Part shown: one piece after another, positions 29,787-41,207 of the stretch
Layout of the letters: each line of letters starts with the position of its first letter
Position numbering within the stretch: the stretch's first letter is position 1
From: an uncultured SAR86 cluster bacterium
Lineage (GTDB): Bacteria; Pseudomonadota; Gammaproteobacteria; Magnimaribacterales; D2472
Reading direction: 5' to 3'
Assembly (NCBI GenBank): GCA_902591925.1
Contig: CACJCN010000004.1
Span: 92,869-156,868 of the forward strand
Length of the DNA: 64,000 nucleotides
Translations under genes and position numbers: made by a program
The notes under the pieces: model-generated
The model's input: the letters and a program-made list of their open reading frames with translations, nothing else
What the model was told of the DNA's origin: nothing
The model's database searches: none

Positions 29787-30683
29787 ATGAAAATTAATTT
29801 TCAGCGAACAAATCACTTTCTTATCCTCACACTTGGAGCTGTACTAATTGGCTTTGCACCAATTTTTGTTAAGTGGAGCATGTTGTCTTCATCAGCAATT
29901 AGCTTTTATAGGATGTTGCTAGCTATACCTTTTTTATTCTTATTAAACTTAAGATTAAATAAAAAATTTAAGTTCACTGTAAATGATAGTAAAACAATTT
30001 TTTTTGCTGCATTAGCATCTTTAGCGTTTACAACTGATTTAACTCTTTGGCATTACAGCATGAATATAACATCTGTATCCAATGCAACAATAATAGTTAA
30101 TTCTTCTCCTGTCTTTGTAGCCATACTTGGCTACATATTTTTTAGGGAAAAACTATCAAGGAGTTTTGTTGTATCTTTTATGATTACTTATATTGGAATA
30201 CTGGGGTTAATTTATTTCTCAAATAATTATGCTACTGGGAGAGTTGTTGGTGACATACTCTGTTTAATTGCGGCTTTTTTTTATGGAGTGTATTTATTAA
30301 TAATTGCAAAATTAGGTAAAGAAAATTCCCTAAATATAATTTTTTACACAACATTATTTTGTTGTTTATTTTCAATAATCCCAATGCTAATTCAAGGTGG
30401 AAATATGATTCCGTCCACTTCATTTGAATGGATAAACTTATTATTACTTGCAGTTTTATGTCAATTTGGAGGTCAATATTTAATTACTCATGGAATTGGA
30501 AAAATTTCTGCCTCAGAAGGATCTGTAGGACTTTTAATGCAACCCATTACAGCAACTATTTTAGCTGCATTTATATTTGGAGAAATTTTAAATATTACAC
30601 AAATAATATTTGTATTTGTTGCACTTTTTGGTATCTATTTAGCAAGAATCAATCTAACCGGAAATCAACAAAAACAAACCTAA
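29787..30683 (+). CDS. DMT/EamA-family transporter
   Basis: About 10 TM helices in two EamA repeats (TSVSNAT, FFREK; QPITA...FGE). Confidence 0.9.
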   Translation: MKINFQRTNHFLILTLGAVLIGFAPIFVKWSMLSSSAISFYRMLLAIPFLFLLNLRLNKKFKFTVNDSKTIFFAALASLAFTTDLTLWHYSMNITSVSNATIIVNSSPVFVAILGYIFFREKLSRSFVVSFMITYIGILGLIYFSNNYATGRVVGDILCLIAAFFYGVYLLIIAKLGKENSLNIIFYTTLFCCLFSIIPMLIQGGNMIPSTSFEWINLLLLAVLCQFGGQYLITHGIGKISASEGSVGLLMQPITATILAAFIFGEILNITQIIFVFVALFGIYLARINLTGNQQKQT

Positions 30684-30749
30684 CAAATAATGTTATTTTT
30701 TTCTAATAATAGTATTATTAGCACCCTTAATTGTTAATTAAGAAGGTTA

Positions 30750-30826
30750 GGGTGATTAGCTCAGTTTGGTAGAGCATCTCGTTTACACCGAGAGGGTCGG
30801 CAGTTCGAACCTGTCATCACCCACCA
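30750..30826 (+). tRNA. tRNA-Val(TAC)
   Basis: GGGTGAT...ATCACCCACCA, anticodon arm TCTCG-TTTACAC-CGAGA. Confidence 0.96.
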
Positions 30827-30828
30827 TT

Positions 30829-30868
30829 AAGGTTGAACTTTTATTAATAACATATAAGATTCAACCTT
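30829..30868 (+). other. Hairpin in the tRNA-Val/tRNA-Asp spacer
   Basis: AAGGTTGAA ... TTCAACCTT inverted repeat spanning nearly the whole spacer. Confidence 0.55.
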
Positions 30869-30873
30869 TATGT

Positions 30874-30948
30874 GGTCCGGTAGTTAAACGGTTATAATTC
30901 CGCCCTGTCACGGCGGCGTTCGGGGTTCGATTCCCCGTCGGACCGCCA
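30874..30948 (+). tRNA. tRNA-Asp(GTC)
   Basis: GGTCCGG...TCGGACCGCCA, anticodon arm CCGCC-CTGTCAC-GGCGG. Confidence 0.96.
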
Positions 30949-30959
30949 CTGAATTTAAT

Positions 30960-31367
30960 ATGGATACTTTAATCATAAGCCTTTTAATACTTTGCTACTC
31001 CCTAGTACTTGGAATCATTTTTGCACAAGTACTGCTTACAGCTCCCGTGGTATTTAAGGTACTGGATGATCAAAATGCATCTAAATTCTTGAGAAAAATT
31101 TTTCCACGCTACTATTTGTTACTTTTATTAATAACCTTACTTGCCTTATTAATATCCTATTTATTTTTTGAAATATTCGATGTTTATATAGCAATTGTGG
31201 CTGTATTTTTCTCTTTTTTTGGATACATAATTATTCCACTTACAAATAGTGCTAGAGATAGAGGCTGGGATAACCTTTTTAAATGGTTACATAACCTTAG
31301 TGTATTTAATACATTGGTAATAATGGCTATAGCCATAGTGCAAATATTTAGAGCAACAACTTTATAA
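30960..31367 (+). CDS. Membrane protein, DUF4149-like
   Basis: APVVFKVL...ASKFLRKIFPRYY, P..N.ARD, F..LH.LSV..N. Confidence 0.7.
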   Translation: MDTLIISLLILCYSLVLGIIFAQVLLTAPVVFKVLDDQNASKFLRKIFPRYYLLLLLITLLALLISYLFFEIFDVYIAIVAVFFSFFGYIIIPLTNSARDRGWDNLFKWLHNLSVFNTLVIMAIAIVQIFRATTL

Positions 31368-31370
31368 GTC

Positions 31371-32381
31371 ATGGAAAATTCCAAAAGTGTTGCAGTTCTC
31401 GGAGGAGGAAGTTTTGGTACGGTTCTAGCAAATTTAGCAGCATCAAATGGATACAATGTTTCATTATGGGTAAGGGACTCTGAACAAGCTTTAAGAATAA
31501 ATTCGGAGGGTGCTAACACCACATATCATCCTGAATTGAAATTATCTAAAAATATAATCGCATCTGATAACTTAAAAGACGTTTTAAATAATAAATCTAT
31601 AATTTTTATTGCGACACCAAGTATTGTGTTCGAGCAAATTGTAATTAGAGTATCTGATTATATAGATGAAAAACCATATTTAGTTTCATGTACAAAAGGC
31701 ATTCTTGATGATCCATTTAGACCGTTATCAGAAATTATTTCATCAAAACTCAAAAATACTATTGGTGTTTTGAGTGGCCCAAACCTTGCAAAAGAAATAG
31801 CGGATGAAAAGATAGCAGGTACAGTCATTGCAAGCCCAGATGAAAGTTTAATAAATATAGTTAAATCAGTTTTGTCCTCTGAAACTTTTAAAATATATTC
31901 AAGTAACGATATGCAAGGAGTTGAAATGGCTGGCGCATTAAAAAACATTTATGCAGTAATATGCGGAATGGCTGAATCACTTAAAGTTGGTGAAAATGCT
32001 ATTGGACTAATACTAACACGAAGCATGGCTGAGATGAGTCGGTTTGCTGTTGCAAAAGGTGCAAATCCGATAACATTTTTAGGATTATCGGGAATGGGTG
32101 ATTTAGTTGCAACATGCATGTCAACTTTATCAAGAAATTATCAACTTGGTTTTAATATTGGATCTGGAATGTCTTTATCAATGGCAAAGGAAAGCGTTGG
32201 TCAAGTTGCTGAGGGATTAAGGACTCTTGAGGTTGTTTTAAAAGAATCATCAAAATTGAATATTAAAATGCCATTAGTCGAATCTATGTATAATATAATT
32301 TACAATAATGCTTCACCAAACACACTTATTGATGATTTAATTAATAATCCGAATGAGGTTGATGTAGAATTTAATTATTGA
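31371..32381 (+). CDS. gpsA: NAD(P)H-dependent glycerol-3-phosphate dehydrogenase
   Basis: GGGSFGT, SGPNLAKE, GALKN, GLSGMGDLVATC, SRN. Confidence 0.96.
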   Translation: MENSKSVAVLGGGSFGTVLANLAASNGYNVSLWVRDSEQALRINSEGANTTYHPELKLSKNIIASDNLKDVLNNKSIIFIATPSIVFEQIVIRVSDYIDEKPYLVSCTKGILDDPFRPLSEIISSKLKNTIGVLSGPNLAKEIADEKIAGTVIASPDESLINIVKSVLSSETFKIYSSNDMQGVEMAGALKNIYAVICGMAESLKVGENAIGLILTRSMAEMSRFAVAKGANPITFLGLSGMGDLVATCMSTLSRNYQLGFNIGSGMSLSMAKESVGQVAEGLRTLEVVLKESSKLNIKMPLVESMYNIIYNNASPNTLIDDLINNPNEVDVEFNY

Positions 32382-32383
32382 GT

Positions 32384-32716
32384 ATGGAAACTATTAACAA
32401 AGACGAAATTTTAAAATCAAGTAAGTGGATTAGATTCATTTTTATGGTTCTATATGCATTTGCATTAAATTTTGTTTTGCCAATATGTATTGGGCTTGCA
32501 GTTGTCCAGTTTTTATTTGTTCTTTTTACATCAAAAGTAAATCCATCAATAGCTAATGTAAATTCTTATGTTATTGAGTTTTTTGAAGATTCTTTATCAT
32601 TCTTATTATTTCAAACTGAAGAGAAACCTTTTCCATTTAAAAACAACTCAGAAGGAGAGGTTGTAATTGAAGCGGAAGAAATAGAGGACCCATCCTCAAA
32701 ACAAGAAACAGATTAA
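32384..32716 (+). CDS. Membrane protein, DUF4389-like
   Basis: [17 protein letters not shown]...[12 protein letters not shown]. Confidence 0.7.
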   Translation: METINKDEILKSSKWIRFIFMVLYAFALNFVLPICIGLAVVQFLFVLFTSKVNPSIANVNSYVIEFFEDSLSFLLFQTEEKPFPFKNNSEGEVVIEAEEIEDPSSKQETD

Positions 32717-33554
32717 TTAGATGCTGCTCTCTCAGCTGATTGAAGTGTTTGAAGAATCAACGTATTAATTGTCATTGGTCCTACTCCTCCAGGCACTGGA
32801 GTATATGCGCTTGCAATTTTTTCAATATTATCAAGATCAATATCTCCACATTTTTCTGGATGGTAACCAGCATCGATAACGACCGCACCTTTTTAATCCA
32901 ATCAGATTTTATAAATTTAGGTATTCCAACGGCCCCAACAATTATATCTGCATTTTTAATTATTAAATCTAGATTCGTAGTTCTTGAATGACATATTGTC
33001 ACTGTAGCATTCATATTTAAGAGCATCATTGCCATTGGCTTGCCTAAAATTGGACTCCTGCCTACAACGACAGCATTTAAGCCTTCTAACTGAATATTAT
33101 GATGGTTAATTAATCTCATAATACCAGCAGGTGTACATGAGCCATAAGCATCAAGTCCCATTGACATGTTTCCAAAACCCAGGCAGGTTACTCCATCCAC
33201 ATCTTTATTAATATCTATTTCATCAAAACACAATCTTTCATCAATTTGAGATGGAACTGGATGTTGAAGCAAAATGCCATGAACATTCACATCATTATTT
33301 AAACTTCTAATTTTTTCTAAAAGCTCTTCTGTGGTTGTATCTTTAGATAATTCAACAGCTATAGATTCCATACCAACTCTCGCACAGGTATTTCTTTTCA
33401 TTTTCACATAGGTTTCAGAAGCCGGATCATTACCCACAAGAATAGTTGCTAAAGTTGGCTTAATATTTTTTGATAATAATTCCTGAACCTTTTTCTTTAT
33501 AGATTCTTCAGAAATTCTTGAGAGCTCTTTACCATCTAATAATATTGCAGACAT
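32713..33554 (-). CDS. folD: Bifunctional methylenetetrahydrofolate dehydrogenase/cyclohydrolase, with a 1-nt frameshift near 32890-32894
   Basis: [24 protein letters not shown] in one frame; GAVVIDAG...[12 protein letters not shown] continues in the -1 frame to TAA at 32713-32715. Confidence 0.93.
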
Positions 33555-33595
33555 GATATTATTATCTCATTAATTGATATTTATGCCCATGAAGA

Positions 33596-33624
33596 TTGCT
33601 TATTTATTATATTAACCTTAATAT
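33596..33624 (+). promoter_or_regulatory. Sigma70-type promoter for tRNA-Pro/Arg
   Basis: TTGCTT-17 nt-TAATAT, 9 nt before tRNA-Pro. Confidence 0.5.
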
Positions 33625-33633
33625 TTGCATCCT

Positions 33634-33710
33634 CGGGGTATAGCGCAGTCTGGTAGCGCACTCGCTTTGGGAGCGAGTGGTCGTAAGTTCGAATCTTACT
33701 ACCCCGACCA
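33634..33710 (+). tRNA. tRNA-Pro(TGG)
   Basis: CGGGGTA...TACCCCGACCA, anticodon arm CTCGC-TTTGGGA-GCGAG. Confidence 0.96.
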
Positions 33711-33711
33711 A

Positions 33712-33788
<77 letters not shown>

Positions 33789-33799
33789 TTTTTTTTGAT

Positions 33800-34732
33800 A
33801 TGCATAGAATTGCTACTTTATATAAATTTTCAAGGATTCAAAATCCATTAAAAACTCATAAAGATATTCGTTCAAATTTAAAAGAACTTAATATTAAAGG
33901 AACAATTCTTGTTGGCAAGGAGGGTCTCAATGGAACGATTTCTGCGAGTAGTGAAAAAAAATTAAGTAAAGCAATTAAGTATTTACGAAGTATAGATGGC
34001 TTTGATGCTTTAGATGTAAAGTTTTCTTCATCAGAAAAAAATCCATTCGTAAGAATGAAGGTTAAATTAAAAAAAGAAATCGTAACAATTGGAGATAATT
34101 CAATAGATCCAACAGAAGAGGTTGGTGAATATGTTGACCCAAATAATTGGAACAAATTAATTGAAGATAAAAACACAATTTTAATTGATGTAAGAAATAA
34201 CTATGAATATTCAATAGGGACTTTTAAAGACTCTATAAATCCTAATACAAATAAATTTAGAGAATTTCCAAACTGGATAAAAAAACAAAAGTTTTCCAAT
34301 AAGGACAAAGAAACAAAAAATATAGCTATGTTTTGCACTGGTGGAATTAGATGTGAAAAAGCTTCTTCGTTGATGAAAAATCAGGGCTTTAAGAGTGTTT
34401 ATCATCTTAAAGGGGGAATATTGAAATATTTTGAATTAATCTCTGAAGAACAAAGCAAATGGGAAGGAGAATGTTTTGTATTTGATGATAGGGTTTCTGT
34501 AAAACAGGACTTATCTGAGGGAACATATGATATGTGTCATGGATGCAGAATGCCGATCACTGAAAAAGATAAGACTTCTAAAAAATATATCAAAGGTGTA
34601 TCTTGTTCGAAGTGTTTTGATAAAAAAACTGAAGAACAAAAATCGAGATACATGAGCAGACAAAAACAAGTAGACTTGGCAAAAAGAAGAAATCAGCGAC
34701 ATATTGGACCTAAAGAGGAAGTATTTAATTAA
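33800..34732 (+). CDS. trhO: tRNA U34 hydroxylase TrhO (YceA/UPF0176 rhodanese family)
   Basis: EGLNGT, KKEIV, DVRNNYE, FCTGGIRCEKA, YHLKGGILKY, CFVFDDR, C-terminal Cys cluster. Confidence 0.9.
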   Translation: MHRIATLYKFSRIQNPLKTHKDIRSNLKELNIKGTILVGKEGLNGTISASSEKKLSKAIKYLRSIDGFDALDVKFSSSEKNPFVRMKVKLKKEIVTIGDNSIDPTEEVGEYVDPNNWNKLIEDKNTILIDVRNNYEYSIGTFKDSINPNTNKFREFPNWIKKQKFSNKDKETKNIAMFCTGGIRCEKASSLMKNQGFKSVYHLKGGILKYFELISEEQSKWEGECFVFDDRVSVKQDLSEGTYDMCHGCRMPITEKDKTSKKYIKGVSCSKCFDKKTEEQKSRYMSRQKQVDLAKRRNQRHIGPKEEVFN

Positions 34733-34737
34733 TAACT

Positions 34738-35400
34738 ATGGAATATCCAATTTTATATTCATTTATTAGATGTCCATATGCAATGAGAGCAAGAATGGCA
34801 CTTAAACTTACTAATATAAGGTGTGAAATAAGAGAAGTAAGGTTAAACAATAAACCCAAACAAATGATAAATAAATCTCCAAAAGGAACTGTTCCAGTAT
34901 TAGTTCTTGAGAATGAAGTAATTGATGAAAGCAATGACATAATTAAATGGGCTCTACGCTCTAACAATGTATTTGACGGAAATATAGATCATAATCAAAT
35001 AGATTTGACTAATCGTTTGATTGAGCTCTTTGACTCTAAGTTTAAATATAATCTTGATAGATATAAATATTCGACCAGATATGAAAACATTGATCCAGAA
35101 ATACATAAGAGGAAATGTTTAGATATTTTAATCTATTTAGAATCGTTAATTTCAAAAGAGGGATGGATTCTTGGTCGTAAAATAAACAAACTAGATATAT
35201 CAATCCTGCCCTTTATACGTCAGTATAGAATTGCTGATATCGAATGGTTTGATAAGCAAGATAAAATAAAAGAAATCCAGAAAATTTTATCTAATTTTCT
35301 TAATTCAGACTTATTTAAAGATGTTATGTACAAATATGATGTTTGGAATGAGAATGCCGAACCTCAGTTTTTTCCCCAAAAGAAATTAAAAAATAGATAA
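34738..35400 (+). CDS. Glutathione S-transferase family protein
   Basis: LYSFIRCPYAMRAR, SPKGTVPVL, IDES, LDRYKY, PFIRQ. Confidence 0.9.
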   Translation: MEYPILYSFIRCPYAMRARMALKLTNIRCEIREVRLNNKPKQMINKSPKGTVPVLVLENEVIDESNDIIKWALRSNNVFDGNIDHNQIDLTNRLIELFDSKFKYNLDRYKYSTRYENIDPEIHKRKCLDILIYLESLISKEGWILGRKINKLDISILPFIRQYRIADIEWFDKQDKIKEIQKILSNFLNSDLFKDVMYKYDVWNENAEPQFFPQKKLKNR

Positions 35401-35433
35401 TAATTTTATTTAAACTATAATACCGAATCTTGT

Positions 35434-35511
35434 GGCGGGCGTAGCTCAGTTGGTTAGAGCGCTGGATTGTGGCTCCGGAGGCCGTGGGTTCGAACCCCAT
35501 CGCTCGCCCCA
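35434..35511 (+). tRNA. tRNA-His(GTG)
   Basis: Encoded G-1 and C73, anticodon arm CTGGA-TTGTGGC-TCCGG, CCA; TATAAT at 35416-35421 upstream. Confidence 0.95.
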
Positions 35512-35528
35512 GTTATGAGAGAAGAATA

Positions 35529-36824
35529 ATGAGAGTAAGTATCAAAAAATTAAAAGATCTTGAAAGAAAGATTACAGTAACAGTCCCGGTTAAGGAATAT
35601 GAGACAAAATTTACTGCAAAATTAAAAAACATTCAAACTAAAGCTAAAGTTGATGGATTTAGGAAGGGTAATGTGCCAAATGACGTTCTTGAACAAAGGT
35701 ATGGCGCGTCGATACACAATGAAGTAATTAATGAAATAATTCAAGAATCTTATCCTAAAGCCATTGCTGAGTATAAAATTAGAACTGCATCATCACCACA
35801 GGTTTCAATTGAATCTGAAGATCCAAAAAAACCTCTTGTATACTCAGCAATGACTGAGGTTTTTCCAGAAATAAAACCTAAATTTTCTAGATGGTCAAGT
35901 TATGAAAAATTTGAGATTGTTATTGAAGAGGGCGATATAGATTTGGCTATTAAGGACATCAAGAAAAGATATGGTGAATGGAATGATGTTGAAAGAGCGG
36001 CAAAGAAAGATGATCAAGTTATTATTGATTTTATAGGAAAAATTAATGGCGAAGAGTTTGAAGGAAATTCTGCAAAAGACTTTAAATTAGTTTTAGGAAG
36101 TAATTCAATGATACCAGGATTTGAGGATAGTATAATAGGTAAAAAATCATCCAAATTCACAATTCAATGTAAATTCCCAGACGATTATTTTAAAAAAGAT
36201 CTTGCAGGTGTTGAGGCCAATTTTGATATTGATTTGAAACAAATTCAAGAAATTAAAGAAGCTAATATAAATAAAGAATTATTCACTAAACTTCAAATGG
36301 ATATAAAAGAATCATCAGAATTTAGAGATGAAATTACACAAAGAATGAAAAATGAGGTGTCCGCTCAAGAAAAAGAACTCACGAAAGAGTCAATGTATGA
36401 GACCTTGTTGAAAATCAATAATTTTAAAATTCCAAAAGTTACACTTAATGAGCAAGCTAATTTAATGAGAAAGGACGCACTTATGAGAATTGGCCACTCT
36501 GAAGATAATGCTGGAGACGATCTATTTCCAATTGATACTTTTCTAGAAAAAGCAGAAAAAAGAGTAAAACTAGATTTGCTATTCTCTGAACTTATTGGTT
36601 ATTTCGAAATTAAATTAGAAAAACAAAAAATTGATGAATTTATTGATGAAGAATCTAAAAGATATAAAGATCCTGAACAATATAAACAATGGATTATTGG
36701 GCAGCCAAATCAGATGGAACAATTTAGGATGGTTGTTTTAGAAAAACAATTAGTTGAAAAATTAGAAAATGTTCTTAAATCTAAGAAGAAAGTGATAAAA
36801 TTTTCAGAACTAGCTAACAGATAG
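35529..36824 (+). CDS. tig: Trigger factor
   Basis: GFRKGNVP ribosome-binding motif, FKBP domain (MIPGFE, FPDDY); start set at 35529 because the longer ORF begins inside tRNA-His. Confidence 0.93.
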   Translation: MRVSIKKLKDLERKITVTVPVKEYETKFTAKLKNIQTKAKVDGFRKGNVPNDVLEQRYGASIHNEVINEIIQESYPKAIAEYKIRTASSPQVSIESEDPKKPLVYSAMTEVFPEIKPKFSRWSSYEKFEIVIEEGDIDLAIKDIKKRYGEWNDVERAAKKDDQVIIDFIGKINGEEFEGNSAKDFKLVLGSNSMIPGFEDSIIGKKSSKFTIQCKFPDDYFKKDLAGVEANFDIDLKQIQEIKEANINKELFTKLQMDIKESSEFRDEITQRMKNEVSAQEKELTKESMYETLLKINNFKIPKVTLNEQANLMRKDALMRIGHSEDNAGDDLFPIDTFLEKAEKRVKLDLLFSELIGYFEIKLEKQKIDEFIDEESKRYKDPEQYKQWIIGQPNQMEQFRMVVLEKQLVEKLENVLKSKKKVIKFSELANR

Positions 36825-36833
36825 GTTTTTAAT

Positions 36834-37433
36834 ATGTCAGAATTTCAATCAGCATTAATACCAATGGTTGTTGAACAAACTCCAAGGGGTGAAAGGTCAT
36901 TTGATATATACTCTAGATTATTAAAAGAAAGAGTGATTTTTCTATCTGGTGCAATTGACGATTACATTTCTAATCTTGTTGTTGCACAATTACTTTTCTT
37001 AGAATCTGAGAATCCTGAAAAAGATATTTCCATATATATTAACTCTCCTGGCGGAAGTATTTCTGCGGGTCTTGCTATTTACGATACTATGCAATTTGTT
37101 AAGCCTTCAATCTCAACAATGTGCATTGGTCAGGCCGCAAGTATGGGAGCTCTTCTGCTTGCTGGTGGTAATAAAAAGAAAAGATTTGCCTTACCTAATT
37201 CCAGAATAATGATTCATCAACCATTAGGTGGTTTTCAGGGACAGGCTTCTGATTTTGAAATTCATGCTAAAGAAATACTACACATGAAAAAAATTGTTAA
37301 TGAAATTCTTGCAAAACATACTGGTCAAACAATTAAAAAAATTGAAAAAGATACTGACAGAGATAATTTTCTTGATGCTGAAACAGCAAAATCATATGGA
37401 ATTGTAGATAGTATTCTTGAGGAAAGAAACTAG
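36834..37433 (+). CDS. clpP: Clp protease proteolytic subunit
   Basis: DIYSRLL, YINSPGG, AASMG, MIHQP, DRDNF. Confidence 0.98.
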   Translation: MSEFQSALIPMVVEQTPRGERSFDIYSRLLKERVIFLSGAIDDYISNLVVAQLLFLESENPEKDISIYINSPGGSISAGLAIYDTMQFVKPSISTMCIGQAASMGALLLAGGNKKKRFALPNSRIMIHQPLGGFQGQASDFEIHAKEILHMKKIVNEILAKHTGQTIKKIEKDTDRDNFLDAETAKSYGIVDSILEERN

Positions 37434-37434
37434 T

Positions 37435-38694
37435 ATGAAAGTAGAATCTCAATCAGAAAAATTACATTGTTCATTTTGTGGTAAATCTCAAGATGAGGTT
37501 AACAAACTAATTGCTGGTCCAAGCGTTTATATTTGTAATGAATGTGTGGATTTATGTAACGATATTATAGAAGAAGAAAGTAAAGTTGGTGAGGAGTCTT
37601 CTCATGACAAAACATTGTCTCCAGCTGAAATTTTCAGTCAGCTTGATGAGTATGTAATTGGTCAACAAAAAGCAAAAAAAGTTTTATCTGTAGCTGTGTA
37701 TAACCATTATAAAAGACTAAAGAAAGCTCAGAATAAAAACGACAATGTAGAACTACAAAAAAGTAACGTTTTACTTCTAGGCCCAACTGGCAGTGGTAAA
37801 ACACTTCTTGCTCAAACGCTGGCTAAAATTTTGAATGTACCATTTACTATTGCAGATGCAACAACATTAACTGAAGCTGGATATGTAGGTGAAGATGTAG
37901 AAAATATAATTCAGAAATTGCTCCAAAAAGCTGATTATGATCCTGAAAAAGCTGAGCTTGGTATTGTTTATATCGATGAAATAGACAAGATTGCAAGAAA
38001 GTCTGACAATCCATCAATCACTAGAGATGTTTCTGGCGAAGGTGTTCAACAGGCTTTATTAAAGTTAATTGAAGGAACTGTAGCTTCGATTCCACCTCAA
38101 GGTGGCAGAAAGCATCCACAACAAGAATTTATTCAAATCGACACTTCAAACATATTATTTATATGTGGTGGAGCATTTTCAGGACTTGATAAGGTAATTG
38201 AACAAAGAATAAATAAAACAGGAATTGGTTTTAGTGCGGAAGTTGATGCAAAATCAAATGTAAGCATTATCAGCAAAAATATTGATAATCTCGAACCTGA
38301 AGATTTAGTACGTTATGGTCTTATACCCGAGTTTGTTGGAAGGTTACCCGTCATATCTAACCTTCATGAGCTTGATGAAAATGCTCTTGTAAGAATTTTA
38401 AAAGAACCTAAAAATGCTCTTGTTAATCAATACAGACATTTATTTGAAATTGACGATGTTGAATTATCCTTTCGAGATGAGGCCCTAAAAGAGATTGCTA
38501 AAAAAGCTATTGACAGAAAAACTGGTGCCAGGGGGCTTAGGTCAATTATGGAAGAAATTTTAATGGATACAATGTTCGATCTTCCAAATGATGATCTTGA
38601 TAAGGTTATTGTTGATGAAAAAACTGTAGTTAATCAAACAGAACCAATTAAATTATTAAAAACCAAATCTAAAAAAACTTCTTCAGGTAATTGA
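37435..38694 (+). CDS. clpX: Clp protease ATP-binding subunit ClpX
   Basis: CSFCGK..ICNEC zinc finger, [19 protein letters not shown] loop. Confidence 0.98.
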   Translation: MKVESQSEKLHCSFCGKSQDEVNKLIAGPSVYICNECVDLCNDIIEEESKVGEESSHDKTLSPAEIFSQLDEYVIGQQKAKKVLSVAVYNHYKRLKKAQNKNDNVELQKSNVLLLGPTGSGKTLLAQTLAKILNVPFTIADATTLTEAGYVGEDVENIIQKLLQKADYDPEKAELGIVYIDEIDKIARKSDNPSITRDVSGEGVQQALLKLIEGTVASIPPQGGRKHPQQEFIQIDTSNILFICGGAFSGLDKVIEQRINKTGIGFSAEVDAKSNVSIISKNIDNLEPEDLVRYGLIPEFVGRLPVISNLHELDENALVRILKEPKNALVNQYRHLFEIDDVELSFRDEALKEIAKKAIDRKTGARGLRSIMEEILMDTMFDLPNDDLDKVIVDEKTVVNQTEPIKLLKTKSKKTSSGN

Positions 38695-38718
38695 TATTTA
38701 ATTTAGAGTCCTTATATT
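38691..38718 (+). promoter_or_regulatory. Candidate lon promoter (sigma32- or sigma70-like, leaderless)
   Basis: TTGATA ... CCTTATATT ending 6 nt before the lon ATG; no SD. Confidence 0.4.
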
Positions 38719-38724
38719 TATCTT

Positions 38725-41121
38725 ATGAACAAGATAAAATCTGATTTGCCTTTAATACCTCTCAGAGATGTAGTTGTATTTCCAGGAATAGTTACAACAT
38801 TGTTTGTTGGAAGAAAAAAATCAGTTGAAGCACTAAATGTTGCTATGAATTCCAACAAAAAGCTTGTACTAGTTAGTCAAAAAGACGCAAGTAAAGAAAA
38901 TCCAAATGTAGATGATCTTTTCAGCTTTGCATCAATAAGTAACTTACTTCAGTTAATAAAACTTCCTGATGGGACAATGAAGGTATTAGTCGAAGGTCAT
39001 AAAAGATGTTCAATAGATAAAGTAATAGAAAAAGATAATTACACAATTGCAAGAGTGTCTGAAGAAGAAGATTCAGCAATAAAAGATAGTGAATCAAATA
39101 ATCTCGTAAGACTCATAAAGGCTAAATTTGAGGATTACATTAGTGTTACAAAAAGAATTCCACCTGAAATAGTCTCTACAGTTGATTCGCTTGATGAATT
39201 ATCTAGACTCATGGACACAATTACAGGTCACCTTCCAATAGAAACTTCAAAAAAACAAGAAATTCTAGAAATGATTGACTTAAAGTCTAGAGCTGAAAAA
39301 GTACTAACCTTCATTGAGTCACAGCTTGATGTGGTAGATGTTGAAAAGAAAGTAAGAGATAGAGTAAAAAAACAGATGGAAAAATCGCAAAGAGAATATT
39401 ATCTTAATGAACAAATTAAAGCTGCACAAAAAGAACTTGGTGAGATTGGCGAAGAAGGAGACGAACTTGAAAATCTTGAAAAGAAAATTCTCGAAGTTGG
39501 TATGACCAAAGAAGCACTTAAAAAAGCAAAAAGTGAGCTGGCCAAGTTTAAGCATATGGCGCCTTCATCTGCTGAGGCATCTGTGGTAAGAACATATCTT
39601 GATTGTTTGGTTGACGTGCCATGGAAAAAGAAATCAAAGGTTAAATCAGATATTAAAGCTTCAATGGAAATTCTTGAACAAGATCACTATGGACTTGATG
39701 AGGTAAAAGAAAGGATTGTCGAATATCTTGCTGTTCAAAAAAGAGTGAAATCCATGAAAGCACCTGTGTTATGTTTAGTTGGTCCTCCAGGAGTTGGTAA
39801 GACTTCGCTTGGAGAATCAATTGCAAGGGCTACAAATAGAAAGTTTGTAAGAATGTCACTTGGTGGCGTCAGAGATGAATCAGAAATTAGAGGTCATAGA
39901 AGAACTTACATTGGCTCAATGCCAGGAAAAATTATTCAAAAGTTATCAAAAGTTGGTGTAAAAAATCCTTTATTTTTACTTGATGAGATAGACAAAATTG
40001 GTATGGATCATAGGGGTGATCCAGCATCAGCTTTATTAGAAGTTTTGGATCCAGAGCAAAATAACACTTTTAGCGATCATTACCTTGAGGTGGATTATGA
40101 CTTATCTGAAGTAATGTTTGTTTGCACAGCTAATAGTTTAAATATACCTACACCATTGTTAGACAGAATGGAGATTATTAGAATTCCTGGTTACATTGAA
40201 GATGAAAAAGTAAATATTGCTGAAAAATATTTGCTTCCCAAGCAAATGAAAAGGAATGGACTAAAAGATGATGAGATAAATGTTAATAAAAATGTAATTT
40301 TATCCTTAATTAGATATTACACACGTGAAGCCGGTGTCAGAGGGCTTGAAAGACAAATCGCAAAAATTTTGAGAAAAATTGTTAAAGAGAGGCTTGTCAG
40401 CAAGATTAAAAACAAAAAAGCATCATCAATAACAACAAGGAACCTTGAAAAATATTCTGGTGTTAAAAAATTTAAGTATGGGGTTGCTGAAAAAGATAAT
40501 GCAATCGGTCAAGTCACTGGACTAGCATGGACCGAAGTTGGTGGAGAATTACTAACCATTGAAGCATCTAATATAGATGGTAAAGGCAGAGTAATAAAAA
40601 CAGGCTCTCTGGGTGATGTAATGCAAGAGTCGATTCAAGCAGCTCTTACAGTTGTAAGATCCAGAGCAGAATCACTTGGAATCAAGCCAAACTTTTATGA
40701 AAAATATGATATCCATATCCATGTACCTGAAGGAGCAACTCCAAAAGATGGCCCAAGTGCTGGAGGCGCAATGGCAATTTCATTAATTTCTATCTTCACA
40801 GGAATTCCTGTAAGAGCAGATACAGCTATGACAGGAGAAATAACTTTGAGGGGACAAATTTTAAAAATTGGCGGACTAAAAGAAAAGCTTCTTGCTGCAA
40901 AACGAGGTGGAATTAAAAATGTTATTATTCCAAAAGATAATGAGCCTGATCTGCAAGAAATTCCTAAGCAAATTACAAAATCATTAAATATTATTCCAGT
41001 TGAGTGGATTGATGAAGTTATCTCATCTGCTCTTGTTGACGAACCAACACCAATATCAAAGAAAATTAGGCAACAAAAAAACAAAACTCCAAGAAAAGCT
41101 ATTAATGAGCCTGCGCACTAA
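38725..41121 (+). CDS. lon: Lon protease
   Basis: [37 protein letters not shown]. Confidence 0.98.
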   Translation: MNKIKSDLPLIPLRDVVVFPGIVTTLFVGRKKSVEALNVAMNSNKKLVLVSQKDASKENPNVDDLFSFASISNLLQLIKLPDGTMKVLVEGHKRCSIDKVIEKDNYTIARVSEEEDSAIKDSESNNLVRLIKAKFEDYISVTKRIPPEIVSTVDSLDELSRLMDTITGHLPIETSKKQEILEMIDLKSRAEKVLTFIESQLDVVDVEKKVRDRVKKQMEKSQREYYLNEQIKAAQKELGEIGEEGDELENLEKKILEVGMTKEALKKAKSELAKFKHMAPSSAEASVVRTYLDCLVDVPWKKKSKVKSDIKASMEILEQDHYGLDEVKERIVEYLAVQKRVKSMKAPVLCLVGPPGVGKTSLGESIARATNRKFVRMSLGGVRDESEIRGHRRTYIGSMPGKIIQKLSKVGVKNPLFLLDEIDKIGMDHRGDPASALLEVLDPEQNNTFSDHYLEVDYDLSEVMFVCTANSLNIPTPLLDRMEIIRIPGYIEDEKVNIAEKYLLPKQMKRNGLKDDEINVNKNVILSLIRYYTREAGVRGLERQIAKILRKIVKERLVSKIKNKKASSITTRNLEKYSGVKKFKYGVAEKDNAIGQVTGLAWTEVGGELLTIEASNIDGKGRVIKTGSLGDVMQESIQAALTVVRSRAESLGIKPNFYEKYDIHIHVPEGATPKDGPSAGGAMAISLISIFTGIPVRADTAMTGEITLRGQILKIGGLKEKLLAAKRGGIKNVIIPKDNEPDLQEIPKQITKSLNIIPVEWIDEVISSALVDEPTPISKKIRQQKNKTPRKAINEPAH

Positions 41122-41207
41122 AACCCTTTAATTGCTTGACTTTTAGCCTTAAAAAGCTTTTCATAGAGGTGTATTTAATAAATAAATTCACAGAGGAGTA
41201 TTTAAAT

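Noticed and set aside
32740-32991. 83-aa plus-strand ORF
   Set aside because: Antisense to the frameshifted 3' end of folD
35469-35528. N-terminal extension of tig
   Set aside because: Starts inside tRNA-His; ATG 35529 gives a normal N-terminus
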